Below, in pieces: positions 51,556 to 63,559 of a DNA stretch of 64,000 nt. Origin of the DNA: Camelus ferus (taxonomy: Eukaryota). The position numbers and the translations under genes were made by a program. The stretch covers positions 98,830,001 through 98,894,000 of the forward strand of contig NC_045696.1 of assembly GCF_009834535.1 (NCBI RefSeq). Reading direction: 5' to 3'. Position 1 is the stretch's first letter; each line of letters starts with the position of its first letter. Under the pieces are notes generated by a model, which searched no databases, was not told the origin of the DNA, and saw only the letters and a program-made list of their open reading frames with translations.

Positions 51556-53879
51556 ATTTTGAAGTTAGCTGGTTTTTATCTGGTTTAGTGGAGAAACAAT
51601 ATGTTAGTTAATTGAATAATGCCAATATGACATGCTCTCTGTCTGAAAGAAGTCATTATTTATAATAAGAAAAAGAAGGAAAGAAACCATTGCCTTTAAT
51701 ACAGCTGTCCCCTTCATATGTTCAATTTTTCCACATTTCTGGGCATTGGGCCCTCGGTTGTCAGCACTGAGACGTGGAAACATTGAGCGGTAGACCTCTT
51801 TTGATGCTCTCTCTATTTTCAAGTCATTGATCTTTTCTCAATCTTGATTTCCCCTTCTGTAAAACGTGGGTCCAAATATATGCTGGATCAATCCTACTTA
51901 TTACCGAGCTGTTCAGAGAAACAGATATATTTAAGAGTACTTTTTAAGCCTAACTCCTGTTCAGATAGAGTTTATTTTCATCAGAAACATCATATTTTCC
52001 ATCGTCTGCAATTTACACTCAGCAGAGTTAACCTGTAGCAAAACCACTTCCAATTTCGGAGTTTGTCTAATAAAGCTGACCCTGGGGGGAAAAATAGGAA
52101 CTAGGCTGCGCATATGCTGGAAAGCCTTCCCTCTCTGAACGTCCTCCCAAGCACAGCTGTCTGCTCTCCCATGTCACTGCTTGACAGCCCGCCTCCATCC
52201 CAACACACGTGTTGTTCTCCAGCATCAGTGGTCTTCGGTGAGAATCAGACCCACAAGAAAACGTCCCATTTCATTTTCAGAGAAATTAAATCCCTCCCTC
52301 CATTCACTGGACAAAGGTTTCTAGAGATTCTGAAACACTTGTGCCAGAATCCGTTTTGAGCTAGATCAAAAGACTTCAGAACAGAACAGACTTCTGGCCT
52401 GACTAGACCTCTGAAAATGCCTGAGGTCATCTCACTGGCTGATAATCTGGTAACATGCAGGCCAGTCAGTTTTATGGAGTTGATAACCCCTGTCACGCTT
52501 AGCCCTCTAGCTTTCCAGAAAACCTCCTGCTGGCGTTTTCTCAACACCATGCTACTGTGTGCTCCTGGGCCCACGAGCCTCCTTGGTCTAAGCCCTGTGA
52601 AATCCCATATCCACTCTAACAGCCCCCTCTATATCCTGAGATGCTCCCTTCACCTCCAACCTCAAGTCAAAGTTGCCTCTCTCCACAGGGCTCGACAGCC
52701 CAGCTTCCTTCATGAGTGGACGACTGAGGCTGGCTTCCTTCCATCTCTGGATCCCTTTCTACTGGTCTCATCTATGGAGAAAATGTAGCACATCACAGGG
52801 CTCACCTTTTTTTTTTACTTGTATAAACATGGTAATGGCCTTTTCTTTGACTTTTCTGCTACATAAACCAATATTCAAGATGAAAAAACATGATAAGAAT
52901 ATGTGAAAGAGAAGCATGGTTTTAGGTTTCTAGGCCAAATGTCTACAAGAAATCAGCACATCATGAAGTGCTACACTCTACAGATGCTTAAGTCTTTTCT
53001 TGTATGTTATCTCATTTATAAAGTTAAAACTGTGAGGAGCAATGGCAGTTCTTAATTACTGTTACTTTTTTTAAGAGGGAATTGTGACTCTGAGTGGCAA
53101 GTGGCATGCCTGAGGTGACCCGGTAAGTGAGAAATAGCTCCCTGTGAGATGGCGCTTCCCTGACGCTGACTCAGCGCCTCTCTCTGCAGCTTCAGGATTT
53201 CCCAGTTAAAGACATTAACTGTCGTCAGTTGCATGTCATGTGAATACGGGACTTCAAAAGATGCATGCAACTCTATCATATTATTAATTCATTATTTGTA
53301 CTTTAAGATCATGGCCTCATGCTCTCTCTCTCTCTCATCTCACACTTAAATAAAATGACCTTTTAAGAGCAGCTCTCCGAACAGCAGAGCCCTCTGAGCT
53401 GTCAAGCTCAGATGCTTGTTTCCCGTTTAATGGAGAGGGCTTGCATGGGTGAAATGGTTTTATCCGAACCTAAACCCTTGCCATCAATAAGCGCCTGGCC
53501 TGAAGGCACAAAGTGACAGAGTAATACTTTCACAATTAATTTCCTTAACTGCCGCTGCTGGTCTTTGGAGACTGGTCTCCTCTATGGGACATTGCTTCAG
53601 AAGCAAAAGTGGACATTTTTCAGTACACAAGCATTGCTAGGCTTGTTTAATCCCATGGGGTGAAGTAAATCTGTGTAAGCTTTGCAGTTCTGTGGCTGAT
53701 TCAACACAGCCTCAGAGAAGCCTACTCTTCACCACATCTAAATAAAAAAAAATTTTTTTTTTAATTAAATAGCAGACCAAATCATCTATCTGGAGCAGAC
53801 AAGACTGAGGGAATTCACAGTTTCTGAGAGCCTGATTGCAATATTCCATCTTCATCTTCTCACTAGCCCTTTGAAGCTG

Positions 53880-54010
53880 GCTATTATTATTCTCATTTTT
53901 AAGATTAAAAAGTTGAGGCTCAGGAATTATGTAACTTGAACAAGTCTATAAAAATAAAAACTGACCAAATTCTGTTAAATTCTGAATACCAGGTTTTCCC
54001 CGCTTTGCTA
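53880..54010 (-). mobile_element. MIR fragment
   Basis: 'tattattattctcatttttaagattaaaaagttgaggctcagg...gtaacttgaacaag'. Confidence 0.5.
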
Positions 54011-56582
54011 CCGTTTCACAAAAACTCTAGGTGAGATCTCCAGAGTCATCATGTCCTCATTTACTCCAAGTACTACACAACCGATCCAAATTCCTAATTT
54101 TAAACAGCTTACAGTTGAAAACATTATTGCAGACCAGTCATTGTTTTTCACTTGCATTAAAAGACTGATCAATGAGCAGCCTGCACTTTTCTTCCTTTAT
54201 TGTTATTTTTTTGCTTATCTTTTTTTTAGAAGGCACTCTATAAACAACATTCTAATTTAGAAAAGAAAGTCTACCCCGAATTTGTACTTGGTACCAATTT
54301 ATGTTGTAACATTACTGACAGTGTCGCTTAACGTGCCTGGTTGCCCATGGTCTAAATGTAGGTAATTTACAAACCTTTAACAATTTTCAGCTTTGCTAAA
54401 TGGTACAGAGAACTGCAATTACATTTAAAATGCACTGGCACTCTATATGTCAGTGAAAAGCACCTACAAAGACATAATTACAATGTAATTGCCTACAAGT
54501 TCATGAAGTAAACATACATTATTAGAAGCCACTTGTCTGTTCAATTTCAGTAACATTATAGCTAACATAGTGCATAAATAGGGAGCCATTTTGTGACTAG
54601 TTACTGTAATAACAGGAGTTTAAATTAAAATGTGGCAGCTAAGTACATGTATTCTTGAGATCATTTCAGATATGTTATTCAATCTCAAGTGGCTTGATTT
54701 TAGTCCTTAAAAATTGCATTTTAAATATTATATTCATTTTAAGGAAATATTTACAACCAATCCATCGTGTCAGATTTGATTGAAAATTGGTGTTATGGAA
54801 AAAGTGTTTCGAAAAGTTTTAACTATGGGAAGAAATAAAGAGATTCATATTTGCCATACATTTAGAAATATGATGCACATATAATAGAATGGCCAATTGA
54901 GATCTATTGCTGCACAAAACATACCAATCAGTAGCTTGAAATCATTAACATTTTTTACACTGTATTGTTATGCACATATCATCCCAGCTTTTACATTTTC
55001 ATCGGTCACATCAAATATGCATTATTTATGCCAAAGGATTTTTGAGTTGCACAGTTTGGAGGAGAAGGATGGCATGAACAGGGGTCCTAGAAATTGGCTT
55101 TGACTCAAAATATTTTAGTGGCTCCTCTAAAATGACTGACTGTTCTTTGAAATATGATAAAAGAAGTAAATGGTAGAGATGGAGGACAGAGGAAGGAGGT
55201 GACCTCAAGCCTGAAACTTATATCAGCAGGAGATATTAGTAATAATTATATTTGTAACAGAGGACCTTTTGTCCTGAAGTTTCCCAAAGCACTTAGCACT
55301 TAGCAAAAACGGTCTCAGTACCGTTTTTGGCACACATCTGGCCCTGAGTTGAAGAACAAGAAGAAAAAAGACAAGGAAACAAGATGCCTTATCCAGTTTC
55401 ACAGAGAGCCAGATTTTAGCCAGACCAAAAGAAAACAAAGGAAATGAACCTTTGGCAAGATTTTCCATGAGCACTTTCTGCAGTGATTGCTGAGATAAGA
55501 CACTCAACTTTAAATACTACTGAATTATTTTAAGGAGAAATAAAAGTATTTGCTTTCTCCTTGAGAGAAAAGATTGTCTTTTCCTTTTTCTTTTAACAGT
55601 CTTATCAAAATGTGATAGACATGTAATAAATTCTGTATACTTAAAAAGCAGCATTTGGTATATTTTATATGTATACACCCATGAACTGGCACCACAGTCA
55701 AGATAATGAATGGATCCTCATCCCCACAAATTTCCTCTTGCCGCTTTGTAATTCCTTTCTGCCGTCCCATGCCTATCCTCCACAGGCAATCACTGATCTT
55801 CCTGCTACTATAGATTAGTTTGTATTTTCTAGAGTTTTATTTAGATGGAATCATACAGTATGTCTTCTTTTTAATTATTTCCAGATTCATCCAACAATTC
55901 ATTTTTAATTGCTGAGTAATATTCCACTGCATGGATAATCCACAATTTGTTTATCCATTTCCCTGTTGATAGACATTTGGTTTGTTCCCAGCTTGGGGCC
56001 ACTCCAGATAAAACCAATATGTAAATTCATATACCAGTTTTTGTATGGACATATGCTTTCATTTTTCTTGAGTAAACATCTAAGAATTAGATGGCTGAGT
56101 CATGCGGTAGACATATAATGTCTAAGAAATTTCAAGATATTTTCCAAAGTAGTTGTGCTATTCTGTGTTCACACTAGCAGTGACTGAGAGTTCTAGTTGC
56201 TCCACATTCACATCAATACTTGATGTGATCAGCTTTCTTTTTTTTTTTTTTTAATTTTAGCTATTCTGGTAGGTGTATAATGTTATTTCATTATGGTTTT
56301 AATATTAATTTCCTTAATGGATAATGATGCTAAAGAAAAGATTCTTTTCATGTGGTCATTTACCATCTGTATACCTTGTTTGTGTAGTGTCTGTTCAACT
56401 ATACTGAGCATTTTCATAATTGGGTTGTTTATTTTTCTTACTGAGTTTTGAGATTTCTTTAGATAAGTATTCTAGATACAAGTGCATTATCAAACACATG
56501 ATTTACAAGCATGTTCTCTCAGTGTTTGGCTAGTCTTTTTTTTTTATCCTCTTAGCAGTATATTTAGAAGAAAAGATGTCCT

Positions 56583-56716
56583 GGAGGGAGGGTATATCTT
56601 AGTAGTAGAATGCTTTCCTAGTGTGCATGGGGTCCTGGGTTCAATCTCCAGTACCTCCATTAAAAAAAATTACCTACTCCCCCCAAAAAACCAAAAACAA
56701 ACAAGAAAAAATTTGA
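56583..56716 (+). mobile_element. tRNA-Ala-derived camelid SINE (Vic-1-like), diverged copy
   Basis: GGAGGGTATATCTTAGTAGTAGAATGC...GGTCCTGGGTTCAATCTCCAGTACCTCC, then 'aattacct' and an A-tail. TSD AAAAGATGTCCT (56571-56582) / AAAAGATATCCT (56717-56728). Confidence 0.9.
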
Positions 56717-58458
56717 AAAAGATATCCTTAATTTTGATAAATCCGATTTTTAAATATTTTCCTTATAGATCATATTTTAGTGTTTTAGCCAAGAAATGTT
56801 TTTACCCTACATTTTTACCCTATGTTTTTTCTAGAAGTTTTATAATTTTAGGTTGTACATTAAGATCCATTATTCATTTTCAGTTAAATATATTTCATGG
56901 TATGAAGTATTAATTCAGGTTCTTCTATTGCTTATGAAAGTCCAGTTCTATTTTTTTACTCACTAAATCTCTTTCACTCCAGTATTGAAAATCAATTGTT
57001 AATACATTTGTGGGGCTATTCCTGGATTCTCTCTTCTGTTCCATTACTCAATTCACCTATATTAATGTTAATACAGAAACTTGATTTCTGTAGCTTTAAA
57101 ACAAACCTTGAACTCAAGTAGTATTAGTATGCCACGTTTACTCTTCTTTTTCAAAGTTGTTTTGTCTTTTCTAAGGTTTTTCTGTTGCCAAATGAGTTTT
57201 AGAATCAGCTTGTCAAATTCTACAAAATAGCCAGGCTGGAGTTTGAATTAAATGTAAAAATTGATTTGAGAAGAATTGACATGTTAATATCTACTGAATT
57301 TTCTGATCCATAAGGACAGTATGTCTTTTCAATTCCTTGGTCTTCTTTAATTACCCTCAGCAATATTTTGTAGAAATATTTCCTGATCTTCAATTATCTG
57401 GAAGAGTTTGTGTAAAATTGGTGTTATTTCTTCGTTAGATGCTTGTAGATTTTTCCAGGGAAACCTTCTGGGCCTGAGCTTTTCTTTGTGGAAAGATTAT
57501 TAACTCTAAATTCAATTTCTACAATATCTTTAAAGATATAAGGCTATAAGGTTATCTACTTTCTGAGTGACCTTTGGTAGCTTATCTCTTTTAGGGAATG
57601 TGTTTAATCTAAATTGTCAAATTTATTGGCAAAAGTTCATAATATTTTCTTATTATTGTTTAAAAATCTTTAGAATCTTTAATGATGTCTCCACTTTCAT
57701 TCCTGATATTGTTAATTTGTGTATTCTTTCCTGTTTTTTCTCACCTTTGTGACTAGAAGTTTATAAATTTTATTGATCTTCTCAGAGAAGGAGCTTTTGG
57801 TTTATTTATTTTCTCTACTGATTATCTGTTATCTATTGTATTGATTTCCTCTTTGAACCATATACTTCCTTACTTATTCTTCCTTTGGGTTTAATTTGTT
57901 CTCCTTTTTCTATTTTGTAAGGTAGAAATTGAGGTTACTAGTTTGAGACCTTTCTTATTTCCTAACTAACTTAGAAGTTTTAGTGCTATGAATTTCTTTT
58001 CATTTGGCTTCATCCCATGAATTTTGATTTGCTGTGTGTGGTTTTCATCCAGTTCATAATACTTTCTAATTTCCTTTTCTGACCTATGGTTTATTTTGAA
58101 GTATGCAATTTAGTTTCCAAATATTTGGGATTTTCTAGAGATCATTCTATTACTGATTTGTAATTTAGTTCCATTGTGATCCGAGAACATAACTTTGTAT
58201 GACTTAAATTCTTCTAAATTTATTGACTTTTTTTTTGCCTATTATATGATCTATATTGGGAAATGTTTTATTTATATTTGGAAATCGTATTAGTCACTTG
58301 AGTGTTCGAATGTGGTAGCTTTAATGTTTATATCATACAGCTTTAAATTATTAGTGTGTACTTTCAAGTGATATAATACCACTTCGTGTATAATATGAGA
58401 ACCTCATAACAGAATTTCTCCATTTCTTCACTCCCAGACTTTGTGTTACTGTTGTCTT

Positions 58459-58629
58459 TTTTTAAAATAGTTTTTTCTTTTTTTATACCTTTTCATGTAT
58501 TTAATTTTGTTGAGGGGGTAATTAGGTTTATTTATTTGTTTTTTTTTTAATGGAGGTACTGGGGATTGAACCCAAGACCTCGTGCATGCTAGGCATGCAC
58601 TCTACCACTGCACTATACCTTCCCAGCTC
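58459..58629 (-). mobile_element. tRNA-Ala-derived camelid SINE (Vic-1-like)
   Basis: 'ggaggtactggggattgaacccaagacctcgtgcatgctaggcatgcactctaccactgcactatacc', with a perfect 15-bp TSD TGTTACTGTTGTCTT at 58444-58458 and 58630-58644. Confidence 0.93.
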
Positions 58630-58989
58630 TGTTACTGTTGTCTTAAACATTGCTTTACATATGTTATAAAACCAACAATGTTTTATGATACTTGGCTTTA
58701 AACAGTTATCTTTAAAAAATTTTTAAATAATAATACAAAGTATTAATATTGTAGTTTTTGGTGATCATTTTCAGCGATCTTTGTTTAGACTGAGATTTTC
58801 ATCTGAAGGACTTCCTTTAATATTTCCTGTAGTGCAGGTTTCCTGGTGATGGATTCTTTCAGTTTTTGTATGTCTTAGAAAGTCTTTATCTCACCTTTGA
58901 TTTTATTGTTTTTTCTTTTTGTTTTGTGTCATGCTACTTTTTTATTTACCAGGCAATGTTTTAAGCACCTTGAAGGTTTTCTTTTTAGT

Positions 58990-59597
58990 TTATTATGTTT
59001 TTAAGAACATTTTTTATTGTAATATACACAACACAAAATGTGTCATTTTAATAATTTTTAAGATAAAATGGAATTAATTACATCGACATTGTTGTACAAC
59101 TATCACCACTATCTATTTCCAAAGTTTTTATCAGCCCAAAGAGAAACTTTGTACATAATAGTATTTCCCACTCCCCTCTCCTCCCAGACCCTGGCAGTCT
59201 CCAGTCTACTTCTGTCTCTATGAATTTGCTTATCCTGGATATTTCACATGAGTGGAACCACTTAATATTTGTCCTTTTATGTCTGGCTTAATTTACTCAG
59301 AATACTACTTTTAAGATTCATCCATGTCATAACATATATCAGAACTTCATTTTCAGCACTAAAGAAAATTCCATTGTATGTGTCCATATCACGTTTTGTT
59401 TATCCATTCATCTGTTCATGGATGCTTGTGGGTCATTTCCACATTTTAGCAGTTGTGAATAAATATTGCTACAAACATTGGTGAACAAGTATCCATTTGA
59501 GTCCATGTTTTCAGTTATTCAGTATATATCAAGCAGTGGAACTTTCAGGGCTTTGGTAATTTGGTTTAACTTTTTGAGGAATCACCAAAATCATATT
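58990..59597 (-). mobile_element. L1MB-like 3' end inserted in the L1ME relic
   Basis: 'cattgttgtacaactatcaccactatctatttcca...tacttctgtctctatgaatttg...ttcatccatgt...tttaactttttgagga'. The host L1 resumes at 'tttttgaaagatatttt'. Confidence 0.8.
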
Positions 59598-60579
59598 TGT
59601 TTTTGAAAGATATTTTAACCGAGCAAAGGTTTGAAGTTAATAGTTATGTTTTCTTTCTTATTTCTTTTCCTGTTAGTACTTTAAAGATGTTGCTTCTCTG
59701 TCTTCTGGCTTGTATTATTTCCAAGTTGAAACCATATACCATATTTATTTTCATTCCTCTAAGTATAATGTGTCTTTTTCCTTTCCCTGCTTTCAAGATT
59801 TTTTCTTTATGACTAGTTTTAAGCACTTTGGTTATAATGTGCTTTGATTTGATTTTTCCTTGTTACTTGTATTTTAGGCATGTTGGGCTTTATGAATCTG
59901 CTCATTTATAGTTTTCATCAAATTTGGAAAATTTTCTGCCACTGTTTTTCAAATATTTTTGTTCTGCACTCTTTCTATCCTTTTCTTCAAACACTCCAAT
60001 CACATTTATATCAGAACTCTTGAAGTTGTTTTATTTCACTGGCACACTGGTTTGTTTGTTTGTTTGTTTGTTTATCTTTTGCTCTCCATGCTTCATCTTA
60101 AGTAATTTCTATTGCTACATCTTCAAGTTCAAGAATACTTTGCTAACATTTTGTTCCACAATGCCTAACCTACAATTAGTTTTACCCAGTGTATATTTAG
60201 TCTCAGACATGATACTTTTTATCCCTAGAAGATTAATTGGAGTCTTCTTTTTAGCTTTTGTTGTCACCTTCTATGGTAAGTCTTTTGTCTAGTGTCTTTT
60301 TTTCCTAGCTTCTTAAATATAAGGAACTAAGTTATAATAACTGATGTAATGTTCTTGTTGACTAAATTCTACCCTAGATGCCATTTCTAGCTCTGTTTCA
60401 GTGTGCTGCTTTTTGTCCTTATTATGGGTCATACTTTCCTGCTTCTCATACCTGATAGCTTTTTTCCAATGCCAGACATTGTGACTATTACCCTCTTAGT
60501 TTATTCTGGGATGTTAACTGAAATAATTTAATTCTTACAGGTTTGGCTTCTAATTTTATTAGGTAGGATCAGAATATGG

Positions 60580-60636
60580 TTTAATTTAGTGCTAACTTTG
60601 TTTTACTATTTAATTTAGTGCTAACTTTGTTTTACT
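60580..60636. repeat. Perfect 28-bp tandem duplication
   Basis: TTTAATTTAGTGCTAACTTTGTTTTACT at 60580-60607 and 60609-60636. Confidence 0.95.
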
Positions 60637-61424
60637 GAAAAGTCTACCAAATGCCCCATGAACTATGAATTTTTCACTCGTAATTCTTATAGGAACAGAC
60701 ACTATTCCCCAGACTTTGGGGATCTCTATGAATTGTTTCTTTTAATCATTTTGGCAATTCTTTCTCTCATCTCAAGTCATTTTCTCACACACATTTACTG
60801 ATCAGAACTCAGTCAAATACTCCAGGGGGGACCCTCTGCAGTCTGGAGTTCCCTCTCTGGGCAGATCTCTCCTCTTCCATACTCTTTCCTTCCCTAAGGT
60901 GGCTGTGAATTTCCTAGACTACCAGCAAGCTCTTATAAACCCAAGGAAACTTCCAACTGCTTCCATTTTCCCCTTCTTGACACAATAACCTGGAAAAAAA
61001 TGTCCAGGTAATAAGCTGGGGTGGTTATAATGCTAACCTCATTTTTCCCCATTTTTCAGGGAAGAATCACTGCTCTTTGTTGTCTGATGTCCAGTGTCTT
61101 GAGAATTGTTGTTTCATACATTTTGTCCAATTTTTTGGTTATTTCAAATAGGATGGTAAATCTAATCTCTGTTATCCCCTCCTGGCCAGAAACAGAAATC
61201 AGACCCTTTAGTTCTTATTTCAAGCCTTACTAAAATTATCTCTTCAATGATAATGTAGGGAAAGGCATATACAATTGGAATGCTTACTAAATCCCACTAT
61301 ATAAATGGAATCTAACATTTTAACACTTGCTAGAAATTGAAAAGAAGCTTAGATAAGACAAATATGTCTTCATTACTTTGGAAGTTAATTCATCCATTAG
61401 TGAATGAGCTTTAATCACTTGACT

Positions 61425-62170
61425 ATTTTTTAGCAAATATTTATTGAGTGTCTGTAATTGACCAGACACCATTCTGGGCTTTGTCTATACAAAAATAAAT
61501 AGAATATGCTTCACTCCCTTGAGGGACTCACATTGTAATCCAGTAGCCAGACATGTAAACTAATAACAATAGTACATCTACTAAGTTCTATAACCAAGTC
61601 ATGTTCAAGGTATTTATTCTCTTTAAAGAAACAGAGGCCTAAAGACCATGGCACGTTGAACGAACTATAAATGGTTTAAGCATTACTACAAAGGGCATTG
61701 AAGAAAAGCATAAGATGAGATTCAAAAGGAAGAGAGAATTCAAATAAGAAAGATCTTGAATATCATTCTGAAGAATCCAGGCAAAAGAAAATGAAAGCTG
61801 TTGTAGAGGTGTGCTACAATCAAACTTTCACGTTCCATTAACCCCATTGGAAGGAGTATCAGATAGATTAACAGGCATCAGAAAATTATAGCCCTCAGGC
61901 CAGATCCAGGCCACTACGTTTTGTGTGTGTGGATAAAGTGTTATCAGAACGTAGCCGCACGTGTTTGTTTACATAGTGTACTACAATGAGGGAGTTGAGT
62001 AGTTACAACAGAAGCCATATGTCCTGCAAAGCTGAACATATTTACGACTGAAGACTTTACAGAAAAAGTTTGCCAACCCATGGATTAGAGGGAGTCAAGA
62101 ATGATTTCAGAAACTAATTAGAAAGGTTCCAGCCATAATTCTAATGAGGCACTATAAGAGCCTGACATTT
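61425..62170 (-). mobile_element. L2 fragment (interrupted by MER58A)
   Basis: 'agcaaatatttattgagtgtctgtaattgaccagacaccattctggg' is a reverse L2 3' end; L2-like purine-rich sequence continues to ~62170. Confidence 0.6.
61872..62082. mobile_element. MER58A (hAT-Charlie) MITE
   Basis: 'ggccagatccaggcc...ataaagtgttatcagaac...gagttgagtagttacaacaga...ctttacagaaaaagtttgccaaccc' follows the MER58A consensus as I recall it. Confidence 0.85.
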
Positions 62171-62172
62171 AA

Positions 62173-63559
62173 CAGGGTTTCTCAAATGTTTAGTGTCGTT
62201 GGACCACCATAGTCACTATTTCCTTCAGCACTAAATCAAAATCAGGAGGCATTTTGTTAACCACCAACTGGTATCTACGAATAAAGCAGTATGTGGGCAA
62301 AGTAGCGTGTGGATCAGCAGAGATGTTTATTAACTCAGCAATGCCTTCTGTTGAGCGCATTGCTTGTGCTCCCTCGGAAATGAGCCTGAAGCCCCTTCTC
62401 CAATCTACATCACAGCTCATGAAATAAGTATTCTTCTCCTGTAGTTTAGGTGTTCAGAAACAAACATCATAATCAATGATTGAGTCTGTAACTTTCCCAG
62501 TACATATATTAAGAACAGATTCCCACTCTGTAGGTTTCATCCAACTATAAGTCAAAATCTCTTCTTACTCACACAACATAGTGTTCTCTTCCCAGTAGTG
62601 TGCTTATTGACACACAAAGCCAAATGGTGTCATTCGACAGAGGAATTTTGCCAACAGCTTGCCTCACTTTCTTCTGAGCGTAATATTTGTCGCTTCGCAG
62701 ATGGTTTTACAAGCTTCTTGGCAATGCGTGACTTGTAAATGGTTTTACTATAAAGAAAATAGTAAATTTTGATCATTTTCTATTTTTGCAGAAAAACCCA
62801 TCCATTTCTTGCTGAAAAGCATGAATCTGTGATTGTTCGGGAGATATCTGATTGCTTCACCAGTGAGGGAGTTCATTTTGCTTTTAAAAATGGCATAAAA
62901 ATCTTCATCACTTTATGTCACTATTTAATCGCATTTTATAACAGACAGTACCCTGAGGATTAACGTGGTCTCTAGTTGGGCAAATAAAAGCCGTTGTTCA
63001 TATATCAAGTGCCACACTTTGCATTCCTTGTTTTCTTTATCACTTTCTTCAGAGATATCATGGTACATTCTCTCATTTCTATACATACAGGTTTACATTT
63101 TATAATTTCACTGGAGTATTGTTAAATATTTAATTATGGCATTATTCTGAATAGTGCTACTTGATTTTGAAGAATTGCTTTTCAATGACCAACTTTTGAG
63201 CCATTTATGAAATAAAAAAATTAGAGACCTAACACAATCAATTAGTTAAAATAAAAATAAGTATTTAACATATGTGGGATATAATATACAATTATATGAA
63301 AAAAAATAACGAAGTGAGCTATCTCCTGAAAAATAAACGCAGCTGCAATAAACAGATAAACACACCCTTTTCAGTACCTTCACAATGTTTAATATAGTGA
63401 AGATTACTAAGCAGATGCCAGGATTTTTATGATAATATTAATGAGCTTTCTTTTTCAATTTCCTGAAAATGTGAAAAAAAATTGTACACCTTTTTCTTCC
63501 CAAACTGCTGAATTCCCTGTGGACCACTTGATCAATTGGCCATTCTTTGAGAACCACAG
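62173..63559 (-). mobile_element. hAT Charlie/Buster-type DNA transposon, internally deleted, with transposase pseudogene
   Basis: TIR-like CAGGGTTTCTCAAA at 62173 and TTTGAGAACCACAG ending at 63559. Minus-strand IPLSNDTI (62623-62646) and ORF 62190-62420 (ISEGAQAM...TYCFIRRYQLVVNKMPPDFDLVL) resemble the Buster/ZBED5 transposase motifs TDGA..M and HC.IHR..LA.K.MP..L..VL. Confidence 0.82.

Larger units (their letters stand above)
55585..61200 (-). mobile_element. Ancient L1ME-like LINE-1 relic (3'UTR, ORF2 pieces, ORF1, 5' region) with nested insertions
   Basis: L1ME1-like 3' end at ~55590 ('tatgtatacacccatgaa...cacagtcaagataatgaa') and reverse ORF2-like segments at 56730-58290. ORF 59644-59826 (KEKILKAGKGKRHI...IIQARRQRSNIFKVL) matches the L1 ORF1p motif KEKILKAAR...ARRQW..IFKVL. 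The 5' region ends near 'cctggccagaaacagaa' at ~61198. Confidence 0.85.

Noticed and set aside
53740..53768. A-run/T-run hairpin resembling a terminator
   Set aside because: Simple homopolymer juxtaposition; intrinsic terminators are not relevant here.
56482..56913. 143-aa ORF
   Set aside because: It reads through antisense L1 and a SINE; a chance ORF.
59644..59826. L1TD1-like/ORF1 CDS
   Set aside because: It is a short open fragment of a decayed L1 ORF1.
60580..60636. CRISPR-like 28-bp direct repeats (also 46930-46992)
   Set aside because: Only two adjacent copies with no spacers and no cas genes, in a mammalian context.
62190..62420. ZBED5/Buster-like domesticated gene
   Set aside because: Only 76 aa are open, the catalytic-like Asp and the CxxH His are substituted, and upstream frames are broken; it is a transposon fossil.
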